Source: Octopus vulgaris
Taxonomy: Eukaryota
DNA: 64,000 bases
Direction of reading: 5' to 3'
NCBI GenBank assembly: GCA_951406725.2
Contig: OX597821.1
Location: 82,150,001-82,214,000 of the forward strand
A program made the position numbers and the translations under genes. The notes beneath the pieces were generated by a model. That model saw only the letters and a program-made list of their open reading frames with translations. It was not told where the DNA came from and did not search any database. Position 1 is the first letter of the stretch; every line of letters begins with the position of its first letter. Of this stretch, positions 12,946 to 24,475 are shown piece after piece.

Positions 12946-14028
12946 GTTGTTGCTTAGCCCTAGATAAAACTTGATCGAAGGCATTCCAGCTTCCCAAATA
13001 CATGGTTCCAGATGGTTCAGTCCCACTGTGTGCACCTTGGACGAGAGCCTTCTACTACAGCCTTGGGCCAACCAAGGCTGTAGCAGAAATGTTCGTCCCA
13101 CACCACTGCTTGACAACCAGTGTTTGTGTGTTTATGTCCTCTTAACTTAAGTTCTGCAGAAGAGATTGATAGAAATAGAATAAGTATCAGGATATATACA
13201 TTAGTTAATATATATATTTTTTCCTTTTTCAAAGACGAAGACAAGAGTGCGTGATTTGAGGAAAATTTGACTGCTATTTCTAGCAAGCTAAGCAAACATG
13301 AAGAGGTTCACAGCTCACTTGTAGCTGTAGTTATTATTATTATTATTGGAGGTAGTAGTAATGGTGGTGGTGGGGGAGTCTAGTACTCTATCACCACCAC
13401 CCTCACCACCATACCAAGCTACCAGTGTATCACAGTGGCTGGGCACGTGGGTTGTATAGAGGCACATGACAGTGTGCATATAAACATGAGGTAGGTTTGT
13501 AAATAAATATATATAGATTTGTATACAGAAACATCTGTCAATATCTGGATACATATGTTGAGAAGCATTGAGTATATATGTGTGCCTCTGTGTGCATGTG
13601 TGTGTAAATGCATACCCCTTCCCAATACACGTACACATATCATAGAAATATACACAGATATACCAGTGGAGGTGGTATACATCAAGATTAAAATAACTGT
13701 ATATGGGCTTGAAGATTTCGTCGGTAAAATGTGTTGGATAAGTAATTTATAACATTTTGCTCTTCTTTATTCTAATGCTTTCTCTAATTTAATAATAATA
13801 ATAATAATAATCCTTTCTACTGTAGGCACAAGGCCTGAAATTTTTGGGGAGGGGTCATAGTCGATTATATCGACCCCAGAATTTCACTGGTACTTAATTT
13901 ATTGACCCCAAAACGATGAAAGGTAAAGTCAACCTCAGTGGAATTTGAACTCAGAACGTATTGATGGGTTAAATATTGCTAAGCGTTTCGTCCAGCATGC
14001 TAACAACTCTGCCAGCTTGCCGCCTTTC

Positions 14029-14061
<33 letters not shown>

Positions 14062-14244
14062 TATTATTATTATTATTATAATGAGCTTATTATAAATACA
14101 ATGTTCAAGAGCGCAACATGTCAGACAAGGGTAAAAGAGGGGACAGATAGCAGCAATAAGCCAATAAAAAAATGAAACTGCAATGAAAGCTCATAGAATA
14201 ATGTCAAATGATATTCCTTTTTAAGTGAATTGGTAAACTTAAAT

Positions 14245-14640
14245 GAGTAGATAATCTCCCCAATACTGACTAGATTTAACTTCATATATGTGTATGCATA
14301 ACAGATAATCATGTTGAGCAGTATTGAGTACATTTAAGATCAGATATATCCTGTATATAGATATATCCTTTATGTAGATATATCCTTAAGATATTAAAAT
14401 GGCTTTAATAACAGATAATCCATTCAGTATTGAGCAGTAGCTTTAATAACAAGTATAATGTCTCTGTAGCAAATGATTTTAATAACAGATAATCGACTTG
14501 ATATTTAGTAGCTCTAGCAAATAATATCCTTTATACAACGAATGACTTTTTAATAATAGATAATCTACTCCATACTGAATGGCTTTAATGCAGTATAATC
14601 CACCACTAATCTCATTGATTTTATAAGATAATCTGCTTCT
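14245..14640 (+). repeat. Degenerate minisatellite with a TTTAATAACAGATAATC core
   Basis: AGATAATC / AGATATATC / AGTATAAT cores recur at irregular 15-70 bp spacing with variable linkers. Confidence 0.6.
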
Positions 14641-15654
14641 CAATGATTGTCATTTGTAATAGAGAAGATGTGTAAGGACATTGAGTAAGTAAAAATGGTA
14701 GAGCAGAGATAGAAATGTTGAGTATCAGGAGACTCTGTAAAGTAACTAAGTAAATGCATTCTAGTATTTAGTCTTGTATCTCCAAGTTCAAACCTCATCG
14801 ATACTGACCTTCTTTAATATCACTTCAAAAACAATGAAATAAATACCAGTTATATATTGTTATCACTCTAATCGCCAATACCATTTTCATTATAGTCTTT
14901 GGTTCATCGTCATCATCATCATCATCGTTTAATACTTGTTTTCCATGCTGGCATGGGTTGGACGGTTTGACTGAGGTCTGCAAAGCTTTTGTTTATATCA
15001 CTGTGACTTAGCAGTTCAGCAAAACAGACCAACAGAATAAGTGCCAGATTTTTAGAAGAAACAAAAAAAATCATAAGTACCAAGGTTGATTTCTTTGACT
15101 AAAAACCCTTCAAGGCAGTGCCCCAGCAAGTAAAAGATACACAATAAAAGATGTAATTGCTGATCTATATCTTCAGGCTTTCTAAGCTGACATAAATAAC
15201 AGGCAAACAGCAGTTAGAAGAACATTAGTGACATGCTTGAGGAAGGAAGTATCAAGAAATTCAATTACATCTTGATGAGAAGTTGATGGAAGACAAGAAC
15301 AAAAAGACTGATGGAAGAGCAAGTAAATATTTTGGGGTCCTGTTACATCCATCAAGTAAATAGCTGTATTGTAGTAAAAACTATATTTGTCATTTAAAAC
15401 ATACACATATGATTGAATAGTCACTCTAGTGTTGTTTTTAAAGTATTGTTTTATATCAGGACTGTCAAGTTACTTAAAACTGGGTCTTGGGATTCCCTGT
15501 GCTACATTCCTAAAAATAATTACTTTTGATACCTTTTCAGGCTTCCCTTTAATTGCAGCAGAGCTTGATGGGATGGGTGTAAAAATAGACTATGTTAAAA
15601 GTTCCTGTGAATGAGAGGTGGGACTCTCATTCTTAACAAACCAACTTTTTATGC

Positions 15655-15707
<53 letters not shown>

Positions 15708-16250
15708 CATAATAATGAAGTTATTGTATACCGTGCTCAAATGCACTACAACTCATCAGAAAAAATAGTTAAAAGTGCATGAACAGCATATAGAATAAGC
15801 ACAGGAAGTGAAGAGTGAAAGAGTCATTTAAAAAAACGGATGGGGAATCAGGTGTAGTGTTGGCAAATTTCAGAAAGTATAGAAGTTTTGAAGGATGTAG
15901 TGACCCAACAGCTAATGACTGATGTGTGTAGTTTATTCCATGTGTCAGCATTTCCAAGTGTGAAAATATGTTTCCAAAAGTCATGGGTGCTGTGTTGATT
16001 TTTTGATTTTGTAAGCATTTCCACAAGTGTTAAACACATGAAATTCAAAGAGGTACCCAAAAGGTGGTGGATAATCTTGTGGGCGTCTACCAAGTCAGTT
16101 GCCAAATGTTGGAGCTTTAATGTGTCCAGCCCCAGGGAAGCAAGGCATTCAGAGTGTGGTAGATGCCTGATAGTGGGTATTCATCTGGTTGAATATTTCT
16201 GAACAGTTTCCAGGAGATTGATATGCTGAACATTTTCAATGATATACATT
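15655..16250 (-). mobile_element. CR1/L2-type LINE 3' fragment ending in (TTA)n
   Basis: Minus strand: INLLETVQK..LASLGLDTLKLQHLATDLVDAHKIIHHL..HDFWKHIFTL..WNKL..SFKTS; tail microsatellite at 15655-15715. Confidence 0.8.
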
Positions 16251-16439
16251 ATTTTAAATGGCCAATATATGATCAAATCATTAGCTAAAGAAAAAGTCAA
16301 AGCAAAGGATATTGGATACCAAACCAGATTTCCAATCAGGTACACAAACGAATGACAAATAAGGACATCACTGGTTCTGGTTAGGTGATCTTAAAACATA
16401 AGTCAAACAGAACCTTTATGCTGTTGTAGCAGTAGCATT

Positions 16440-16640
16440 TTAGCCATTTTGAAATGTGGCTGTAGCGGTCTCTGATATCCTCACTGTTTGAGAGACACAG
16501 CAGGAATGATCTTGTTTGAGATTACAGCCATCTTTGGCCGAGCTGTTCCTGTTGTGTCCACTGAATTGATTGGTTGACAGGTGGCGCGATTTGTCTCTAC
16601 TTATTTTGCGCCACTGTCCAAAGCCAACCAATCACGGCCT
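16440..16640. promoter_or_regulatory. Candidate promoter or enhancer: opposed CCAAT boxes, E2F-like GGCGC cores, TGACAG, two YY1-like GCCATYTT
   Basis: Unique, CpG-retaining sequence TGATTGGTTGACAGGTGGCGCGA..TTTTGCGCCACTGTCCAAAGCCAACCAATCA; GCCATTTT near 16443 and GCCATCTT near 16527; function inferred from motifs only. Confidence 0.4.
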
Positions 16641-16819
16641 TTGGTTAAGGTCCCTTCTCCTAGGCTCTGTTGAGCCACCTTACTTGTATATAAAGGAAGG
16701 TTCTCAGTATACTGTCATACAACATATGAGAAATATAAAGAGAAGCGAAATCTCACTCAAGTCACACTCTGCCATCCTAAATAAATAAATAATTAAATAA
16801 ATAAATAAAAGTACAATAC

Positions 16820-17222
16820 TCTTACTCTTTTACTCTTTTACTCTTTTACTTGTTTCAGTCATTTGACTGCGGCCATGCTGGAGCACCGACTTTAGTCGAG
16901 CAAATCGACCCCGGGACTTATTCTTTGTAAGCCCAGTACTTATTCTATCGGTCTCTTTTGCCGAACCGCTAAGTGACGGGGATGTAAACACACCAGCATC
17001 GGTTGTCAAGCAATGCTAGGGGGACAAACACAGACACACAAACACACATATACATATATATATATATACGACGGGCTTCTTTTCAGTTTCCATCTACCAA
17101 ATCCACTCACAAGGCATCGGTCGGCCCGGGGCTATAGCAGAAGACACTTGCCCAAGGTGCCACGCAGTGGGACTGAACCCGGAACCATGTGGTTGGTTAG
17201 CAAGCTACTTACCACACAGCCA
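16820..17222 (-). mobile_element. SINE family A, young
   Basis: Near-consensus copy that retains CpGs; central (AC/AT)n. Confidence 0.9.
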
Positions 17223-17364
17223 CTAATGCAATTAGTTCTTTAAAAAAAAAAAACACTGTCTAGATAAGGAATGGAATGGAACACCTTTGACTGTAAATGG
17301 TTTTATTTGCCAGAGATGATTTGGGGTTAAACAACAGCTGAAGTTAATAAGAAAGCTTTTGTAT

Positions 17365-17697
17365 TGGAATGGCTGTGTGGTAAGAAGTTTGCTTCCCAAA
17401 TACATGGTTCCAGGTGGTTCAGTCCCACTGTGTGGCACCTTGGACGAGAGCCTTCGACTACAGCCTTGGGCCAACCAAGGCTGTAGCAGAAATGTTCGTC
17501 CCACACCACTGCTTGACAACCAGTGTTTGTGTGTTTATGTCCTCTTAACTTAAGTTCTGCAGAAGAGATTGATAGAAATAGAATAAGTATCAGGTTACAA
17601 AAAAAAAAAAATACTGCAGTTGATTTGTTTGACTAAAATCCTTCAAGCATGACCACAGTCTAATGACTGAAACAAGTAAATGACAAAAGATAAAAGA
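17365..17697 (+). mobile_element. SINE family A, internally deleted
   Basis: GGCTGTGTGGTAAGAAG head and a GAAACAAGTAAA tail. Confidence 0.8.
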
Positions 17698-18232
17698 TGG
17701 TTACTCGGTTTACTAAAAATAGCAACTAATTCACCCTCAAGTCACACCTTATTGACTTAAAGGAAATACATTGAATGATGTAGCCTCAGATATACTGTAT
17801 GAAAATAACAAAGGATGGTAACAGTTGCAAATAATAGGGGATGGCCACTTTGGAAAGCATTTGATTTTAGACCTGTTGATTAGGGTTGACCTGGGACAAA
17901 AGCACACCAGCAACAAAATAAGCCAAAACTTGCTGAGTCAGTAGAATGTTGGACAACTAACTGGGGGGGGGGGGGGGTCAGCAGTCTATGTCCTGACATC
18001 AATGCTGCTCTGTGTCTTCATCTCTCTTCTTACTATAAATAAAGTTGATGTTGCTGTTGATTAACCTGAAGTGAGGACTCTGAAGTTGCTGACTGTTTCA
18101 TTGGTTTGGGGTACTATGTTCAAGACTCTCCTGTGGAAGTAAGTGGAAGGCCAGGCTAGCTGCATTAACTTGCCTTGCCTGGCCATGTGTACACTACACA
18201 AAGAATACAGATTTATAAATGCGTACGTGTAT

Positions 18233-18783
18233 GTTCTCTTTTACTCTCTTTTACTTGTTTCAGCTATTTGACTGCGACCATGCTGGAGCACTGCCTTTAG
18301 TCGAGCAAATCAACCCCAGGACTTATTCTTTGTAAGCCTACTACTTATTCTATCGGTCTCTTTTGCCGAACCGCTAAGTTATGGGGACATAAACACACCA
18401 CCATTGGTTGTTAAGCAATGTTGGGGGGACAAACACAGACACACCAATATATACACACACATACTCTTTTACTTGTTTCAGTCATTTGACTGCGTCCATG
18501 CTGGAGCACCGCCTTTAGTTGAGCAAATCGACACCGGGACTTATTCTTTGTAAGCCCAGTACTTATTCTATCAATCTCTTTTGCTTAACCGCTAAGTGAC
18601 GGGGATGTAAACACACCAGCATCAGTTGTCAAGCAATGCTAGGGGGACAAACACAGACACACAAACACACACATACATATATATATACACATATATGACA
18701 GGCTTCTTTCAGTTTCTGTCTACCAAATCTACTCACAAAGCATTGGTCGGCCCGGGGCTATAGCAGAAGACACTTGCCCAAGA
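18233..18783 (-). mobile_element. Two adjacent or nested SINE family A copies
   Basis: The family tail block appears twice, starting at about 18240 and 18465. Confidence 0.85.
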
Positions 18784-19049
18784 TACACGTGTACGCACAC
18801 ACGCACACATTATGCTTATGTCAATAAGCTAAAAAATTTTTTAAAAAAGGTACTCAATAGAAGAAATAGAGTTTATAGTTATTACTATGAAAATGAAACC
18901 TCACAGGTTACTACTAACAGTTTCACATTCTTGAGGGACAGGAAATTTGAAACCAGTAGTTGTAACTTCTTAAGTTTCAGTTTCAAAATAGTAACCATAT
19001 ACATACATACACACACCCACACACACACACACATGTATGTAAGTATATT

Positions 19050-19470
19050 TACTCTTTTACCCTTTTATTCACTTCAGTCATTTGACTGCAGCCATGCTGG
19101 AGTACTACCTTTAGTCGAACAAATCGACCCCCAGGACTTAATCTCTGAAATCCTAGTACTTATTCTATCAGCCTCTTTTGCCAAACTGCTAAGTTACGGG
19201 GATATAAACACACCAGCATCAGTTGTCAAGCGATGGTGGGAGAGGGGACAAACACACACACAAACATATAAATATACATATATGTATATTTATATATATA
19301 TATATATATATATGATGGGCTTCTTTCAGTTTCCGTCTAGCAAATCCACTGACAAGGCTTTGTTCAGCCTGAGGCTGTAGTAGAAGACGCCAAGATGCCA
19401 CGTAGTGGGACTGAACCTGGGACCATGTGGTTGGTAAGCAAGCTACTTACCATACACCCACTCCTGTGCC
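19050..19470 (-). mobile_element. SINE family A
   Basis: CAGTCATTTGACTGCAGCCATGCTGGAG...AGCTACTTACCATAC. Confidence 0.85.
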
Positions 19471-20371
19471 TACATATATATATATACGCCTATATATACA
19501 CACACACACACACGTATATATATATACACACACATATATATGTATATATGCATATGTATATTTATGTAACTGTTTGTATACATTCATGTACATGTGTATG
19601 TTTGTATCCATGCATGTATGTATGTATGTATGGTTATATTCAAGCATGTACAAATGTATGCTTGTATACATAATCATCATCATCATCATTAGTTAGCCCC
19701 TCACCCTCCCACCATCCATTATTCAACATGGCAAACTTGACACCAAAATCACCACTGAGTATATATGGATGGATGGAGGGGATGGATGCAGGCAAGCAGC
19801 ATCTTTGTTTGTACACATAACTATGGAAACAAGTTTATCAATTCCATCCTAAGAAGATGAAAAAAATGAAAAGAAAAAGAAAAAGAAGTGAAACAAACTC
19901 CACATGGTTTTTCAACACCACCAATACCACCACCACCACCACCACAACCACCACCACCGCCACAACCACCACTATCGCAGCCATCATCACTAACATCATC
20001 ACAATGATTGTTGAAGATAGCCATCATCGTTTACACCATCAGTGTCATCATTATCATCCCCCTCCTCCTCCTCATCATCATCATCATTATCATAATTGTT
20101 ATCATCATCATCATCATCATCGTAATTGTCAGTTACCCCCCTCCACTATTTAGCACAACAAACCCCGACACCAAAACCACCGCTACCAGCGCCGGTTTCC
20201 CTTTCCACATTCTTCACTCACTTTTCCTTTCTCTTCTTTTCTTTCCTTTCCTTAAGGGCCCCAAAACCTCATCTAAAATAGCCACAACTAACTAATCTAC
20301 GTTAATGAAATTCAAATCAACTGAAACACACAGACAAAAAAAAAAGAAATTAGTAAACTTCTGAAACTCAC

Positions 20372-20548
20372 CCAGTGGTACCACGAGATTCCAGAGATGT
20401 ATCGATTGCGAAAGTCCCCTACGTATGTGGAGAGAACGGTGACCACTTTCTTGAGTTTCAGTGGCATAAAAGTCCCACAGTAGTCCTCAAAAGAATAAAT
20501 CCCATAGTCCCCATCGAAAAGTGGATAAATCTTCGCCTGTTTTTGCAT
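20372..20548 (-). CDS. Candidate first coding exon (59 codons) of an unidentified minus-strand gene
   Basis: Start context ACGCCATG; open frame MQKQAKIYPLFDGDYGIYSFEDYCGTFMPLKLKKVVTVLSTYVGDFRNRYISGISWYHW ends exactly at a TGG|GTGAGT donor (phase 0); unique, complex, CpG-retaining sequence among simple repeats; product not recognised. Confidence 0.55.
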
Positions 20549-20649
20549 GGCGTGTTCTTGGTTTCGTATACGGAGACCCTATATCTTTCTCCTCACATCC
20601 GTACTGCTTATTGCTGCTCTGAACTCAGCTTGAGATTAGCTTTTTTTTC

Positions 20650-21085
20650 TTGTTCATTTTGTTCTTCCTTTCTTTTTCTATTTTTTTTAAAGTTTTTTTC
20701 CTTTACTTTTTTTCTTCTCTTTTCTTGGTTATTTTGCTACTGACTCTTACTGCTTTTCCACCCCACCCCCTATTCCCAGTTACATATGCATACACCACCC
20801 TCTCTCACACGTTTCTCTGCCACTCCACTCTTCTTTCTTTCTTTCATTCACCCTCTATTTCTTCTGTCTTCTTTGCCCTCTCCTCCTTACTTCCCCTCCA
20901 CCCCTCTCTTGCTCTCTCTTTTTCCACTTCTTTCTGTCCCTCTCTCTCTCTCTCTCTTCCCACTTCTAATCCTCACTTATTATTTACATATGCACATCTA
21001 TTCTCTTTCTCCATTTCCCCACCTCTCTCTGTTTGTCTTGGTACTCCCCCACCCCTTCACATTCCCTATCTTTCTCTTCCTCTTC
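20650..21085. repeat. Long polypyrimidine/polypurine low-complexity tract
   Basis: Plus strand is heavily C/T for about 430 bp, directly upstream (in minus sense) of the candidate exon. Confidence 0.8.
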
Positions 21086-21231
21086 ACATACATATGTGCT
21101 TATGTATATATACATACATATATATATATATATATATATGCAAAAACACACGCACTGACACACACACATAATATAAATATGTAAAATATCTATGTACATT
21201 ATATATATGTATATATGTAAGTTTGTCTGTA

Positions 21232-21301
<70 letters not shown>

Positions 21302-21440
21302 TTATGTCATCTTTACTCTCTTTCTCTCTCCCTTCCTTGTCATACACATATTGAGACATGTACAAAATCAACCACACACACACACACATTCTATATTCAT
21401 ATCTCACATACTTTCTCTTTCCATCTTATATAAGTGCATA

Positions 21441-21508
<68 letters not shown>

Positions 21509-22654
21509 CAAAACCATACTGACTCCCACGCCCACAGTCTGCCCTGTCATAGTCTCCAACTTAAAACAGGGGGTACTAATAGTAGTAGTAGTAGTAGTAG
21601 TAGTAGAGGAGTGGCTGCATGATGCTAGTGTGCCATGGGTGGGCAGTCAAGGTGGAGTGGTGGATGGTGGTGGTGGTCGTTGTCATGGGGGTGGGTGCTG
21701 AACAGGGAAGTGTGGACTTTTTATGTGGATGATTGTGGGGTCTGTTTTGGGAATTTTGGTGTTTGAAAGTCATAATCCCCCATCTTCTCTTCTCACCCTC
21801 CCATCCACCCACCCATTTCTTCCCCACCCCCGACCCTGTCGCTTATTTGCTATTCCCTCCACAACAGTATGTGGACCAGCAAAGATCACTAAAACACTTA
21901 TATACATACACACACACACACACACATTAACACACTCACACATATGCACACACATTCATACAAACACATGCTATAATCAGCCCTTCCACCCAACAACAAC
22001 AACACACTGGCATAACACATGGCACACACACACACTCACATGCAGAAATGCAACACTCAAAAGCATGCATGTACATATACACGCACATATTCACAAACCC
22101 ATCTAGACATATGTGTGTGTGTGTGTACACATACAGCCATATGCAAACACACACACATACACATATACACACACAGACTACAGGACACCAGAGAGATAAT
22201 ATAGTAGAGAGGTAAACAGTCACTGAAAGATATCACCATCTGCTAATCACATACACACACATACATGTACATGCACGCACACACACACACACACACACCC
22301 ATATAAATCTTCATATCCATGCAACTCAAAAATACTACAAAACCAAATAAAACAGGTACTTACAAAGGGGGAGGGGGGCGGAAAAGACACATAAACTAAA
22401 CAAGAAGATTGTGATGATGATGATCATAGTGATGATTATGACAATGATGTCGACAATGTCTGTGGAGAAGATGAAGGGGAAATGAAGGAGAGGAAGACTT
22501 GCTACCCATCCTTGATTCATCGCATTCAACAAACACACATATATAAATACATACAACATTTCCCACTTCACTAATTGTACATACACACATACATATACAC
22601 ACATAATTTTATATAGATATATATAAATAAAAATATGAATACATATATATATAT

Positions 22655-23140
22655 GTGTCGGTGGCACATAAAAAACACCATCCGAGCGTGGCCGTTCACC
22701 AGCCTAGTCTGGCACCTGTGTCGGTGGCACATAAAAAGCACCCACTACACTCTCGGAGTGGTTGGCGTTAGGAAGGGCATCCAGCTGTAGAAACACTGTC
22801 AGATCAAACTGGGCCTGGTGCAGCCTTCAGGCTTCCCAGACCCCAGTTGAACCGTCCAACCCATGCTAGCATGGAAAGCGGACGTTAAACGATGATGATG
22901 ATGATATATATATATGGTGGCAACAACACCAGTACTTTGGTGATGTTACTAGTGCTGGTGCCACGGAAAAAGCACCTGGTACACTCTGTAAAGTGGTTGG
23001 CAGTAGGAGGGGTACCCGACCACAGAAAACCCTACTAAGCAGACATTGAAGCTCGGTGCAGAGCCCAGACTTGTTGGATCCTGTCAAAATATCCTCTCAG
23101 TGCCACCATGGAAGGCAGAAGTTAAGTGATGATGAGGTTG
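22655..23140 (+). mobile_element. Two RTE-tailed SINEs in tandem (one young, one old)
   Basis: The GGCAC..AAAAAGCACC..GTGGTTGGC..GCATGGAA..GATGATG pattern occurs twice. Confidence 0.8.
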
Positions 23141-23169
23141 ATGTCATGCATGGACTCTTTCTCTTTTTC

Positions 23170-23340
23170 ATTAGGAATGAACTTTGATGGGCCACCTGCA
23201 TCTTGTTTTGTTCATCATCTTTAAATCTTTAGAAGGTCTTGCAGATGTCTGTAATCCCAGATAACGTTTTCATTTGTAGCGTAGGAATTAAGGATTTACC
23301 TTCTCTTTCCAAGAACCCAAGTTCAGCCATACTTTGCTTC
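23170..23340 (-). mobile_element. C-terminal remnant of an R4-like non-LTR element
   Basis: Minus strand MAELGFLEREGKSLIPTLQMKTLSGITDICKTF* resembles the end of RLE-type ORFs. Confidence 0.45.
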
Positions 23341-23404
23341 AGATGGGTTGGTATGTTGTGTATGTATGTACATATGTACATACATATGCATGTATGTATG
23401 TATG

Positions 23405-23960
23405 TCAGGTCACTTTCGAGTGCTACTGGTAACATGTAACCCAGTACAACCTGTTGCATGATGGGGTCATCGGCGACTAAACCGGCAACTCCACCAAGCC
23501 TGCTGGGTGAGGAGGGTGATTATTGGACACCCTGTGGGATGAAAAACAAAGCCCATCAAAGGGCGGAGGAACTCTTGAGAGTCAACAGCCATCCAATAAA
23601 TGTCTTAAGGCTGTATCATGCACGGGGACATAGAAATAATCGGATTGAATACCCGATCACATGGTTAAACTATTGAGAGTGAAGGACTCCTAGCCTTTGT
23701 TAGGGCATCCTTCTAGGAGAAGGTAACTCAGGTAACTGGGATAACTCCGACATAAAACCTGCGGCTCAGTGGTTACCGATGATGTTGACTTGTTCTTCTT
23801 TTCGGATTATGGCTGCTGTTGCTTAGTGAGTGAGATTGACTCAGTGCACAGCCTTTCCTCACTTTAAAAAAAATCGTCTTGCACAGGCATTGCACGATAA
23901 CAACATTGATTAAGCTTTGTGCAATGGCCATACTCGATAATGAGGGGGCAGCCACCACCA
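23405..23960 (+). mobile_element. Non-autonomous RTE-derived element (5' UTR-like) inserted in (TATG)n
   Basis: Contains GGCGACTAAAC and GGGCATCCTTCTAGGAGAAGGTAACTC, motifs of the kind found in RTE 5' UTRs; (TATG)n on both sides. Confidence 0.6.
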
Positions 23961-24224
23961 TGTATGTATGTATGTTTGTATGCAACGTATGCCAGAAGGT
24001 TTGCAAATCTAATGGAGGCCTCAAAAAACATTTTAAGATCCACAAAGATCAGAACTAATATCTTCAGCTCTTGGTGGTCCCAATTGGATATGCAATCTAT
24101 GTAGGTGTCTTTTCAAAACATTGTCTGGTTTAAAAAGTCATGTCAGATGTCATGATGGTTCTAAGGTGTAGTTACAGGATGTAGTCAAACTCTGCATAAG
24201 GAGTAGGCAACCACCATGCCCACT

Positions 24225-24475
24225 TGTATGCATGCATGTATGTATGTATGTATGTATGTATGTATGTATGTATGTATGTATATATGTATGTATGTATGTA
24301 TGTATGCATGTATGTACGTATGTATGTATGTATGGACATACGTATGTATGTATGTATGTATGTATGTATGTATGTATGTATGGACATACGTATGTATGTA
24401 TGTATGTATGTATGTAAGTATGCAAGTATGTATGTATGTATGATGTATGTGTATGTGTGTATGTATGTAGTTATG
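24225..24475. repeat. (TATG)n microsatellite; another lies at about 25280-25470
   Basis: Seen directly; source of the MYVC/HTYI ORFs. Confidence 0.95.

Noticed and set aside
14245-14640. CRISPR-like repeat-spacer appearance
   Set aside because: Repeats are degenerate, spacing is irregular, the context is eukaryotic and there are no cas genes
20375-20743. Plus-strand 122-aa ORF
   Set aside because: Non-ATG start, runs into a T-rich tract, and is the antisense shadow of the better supported minus-strand exon
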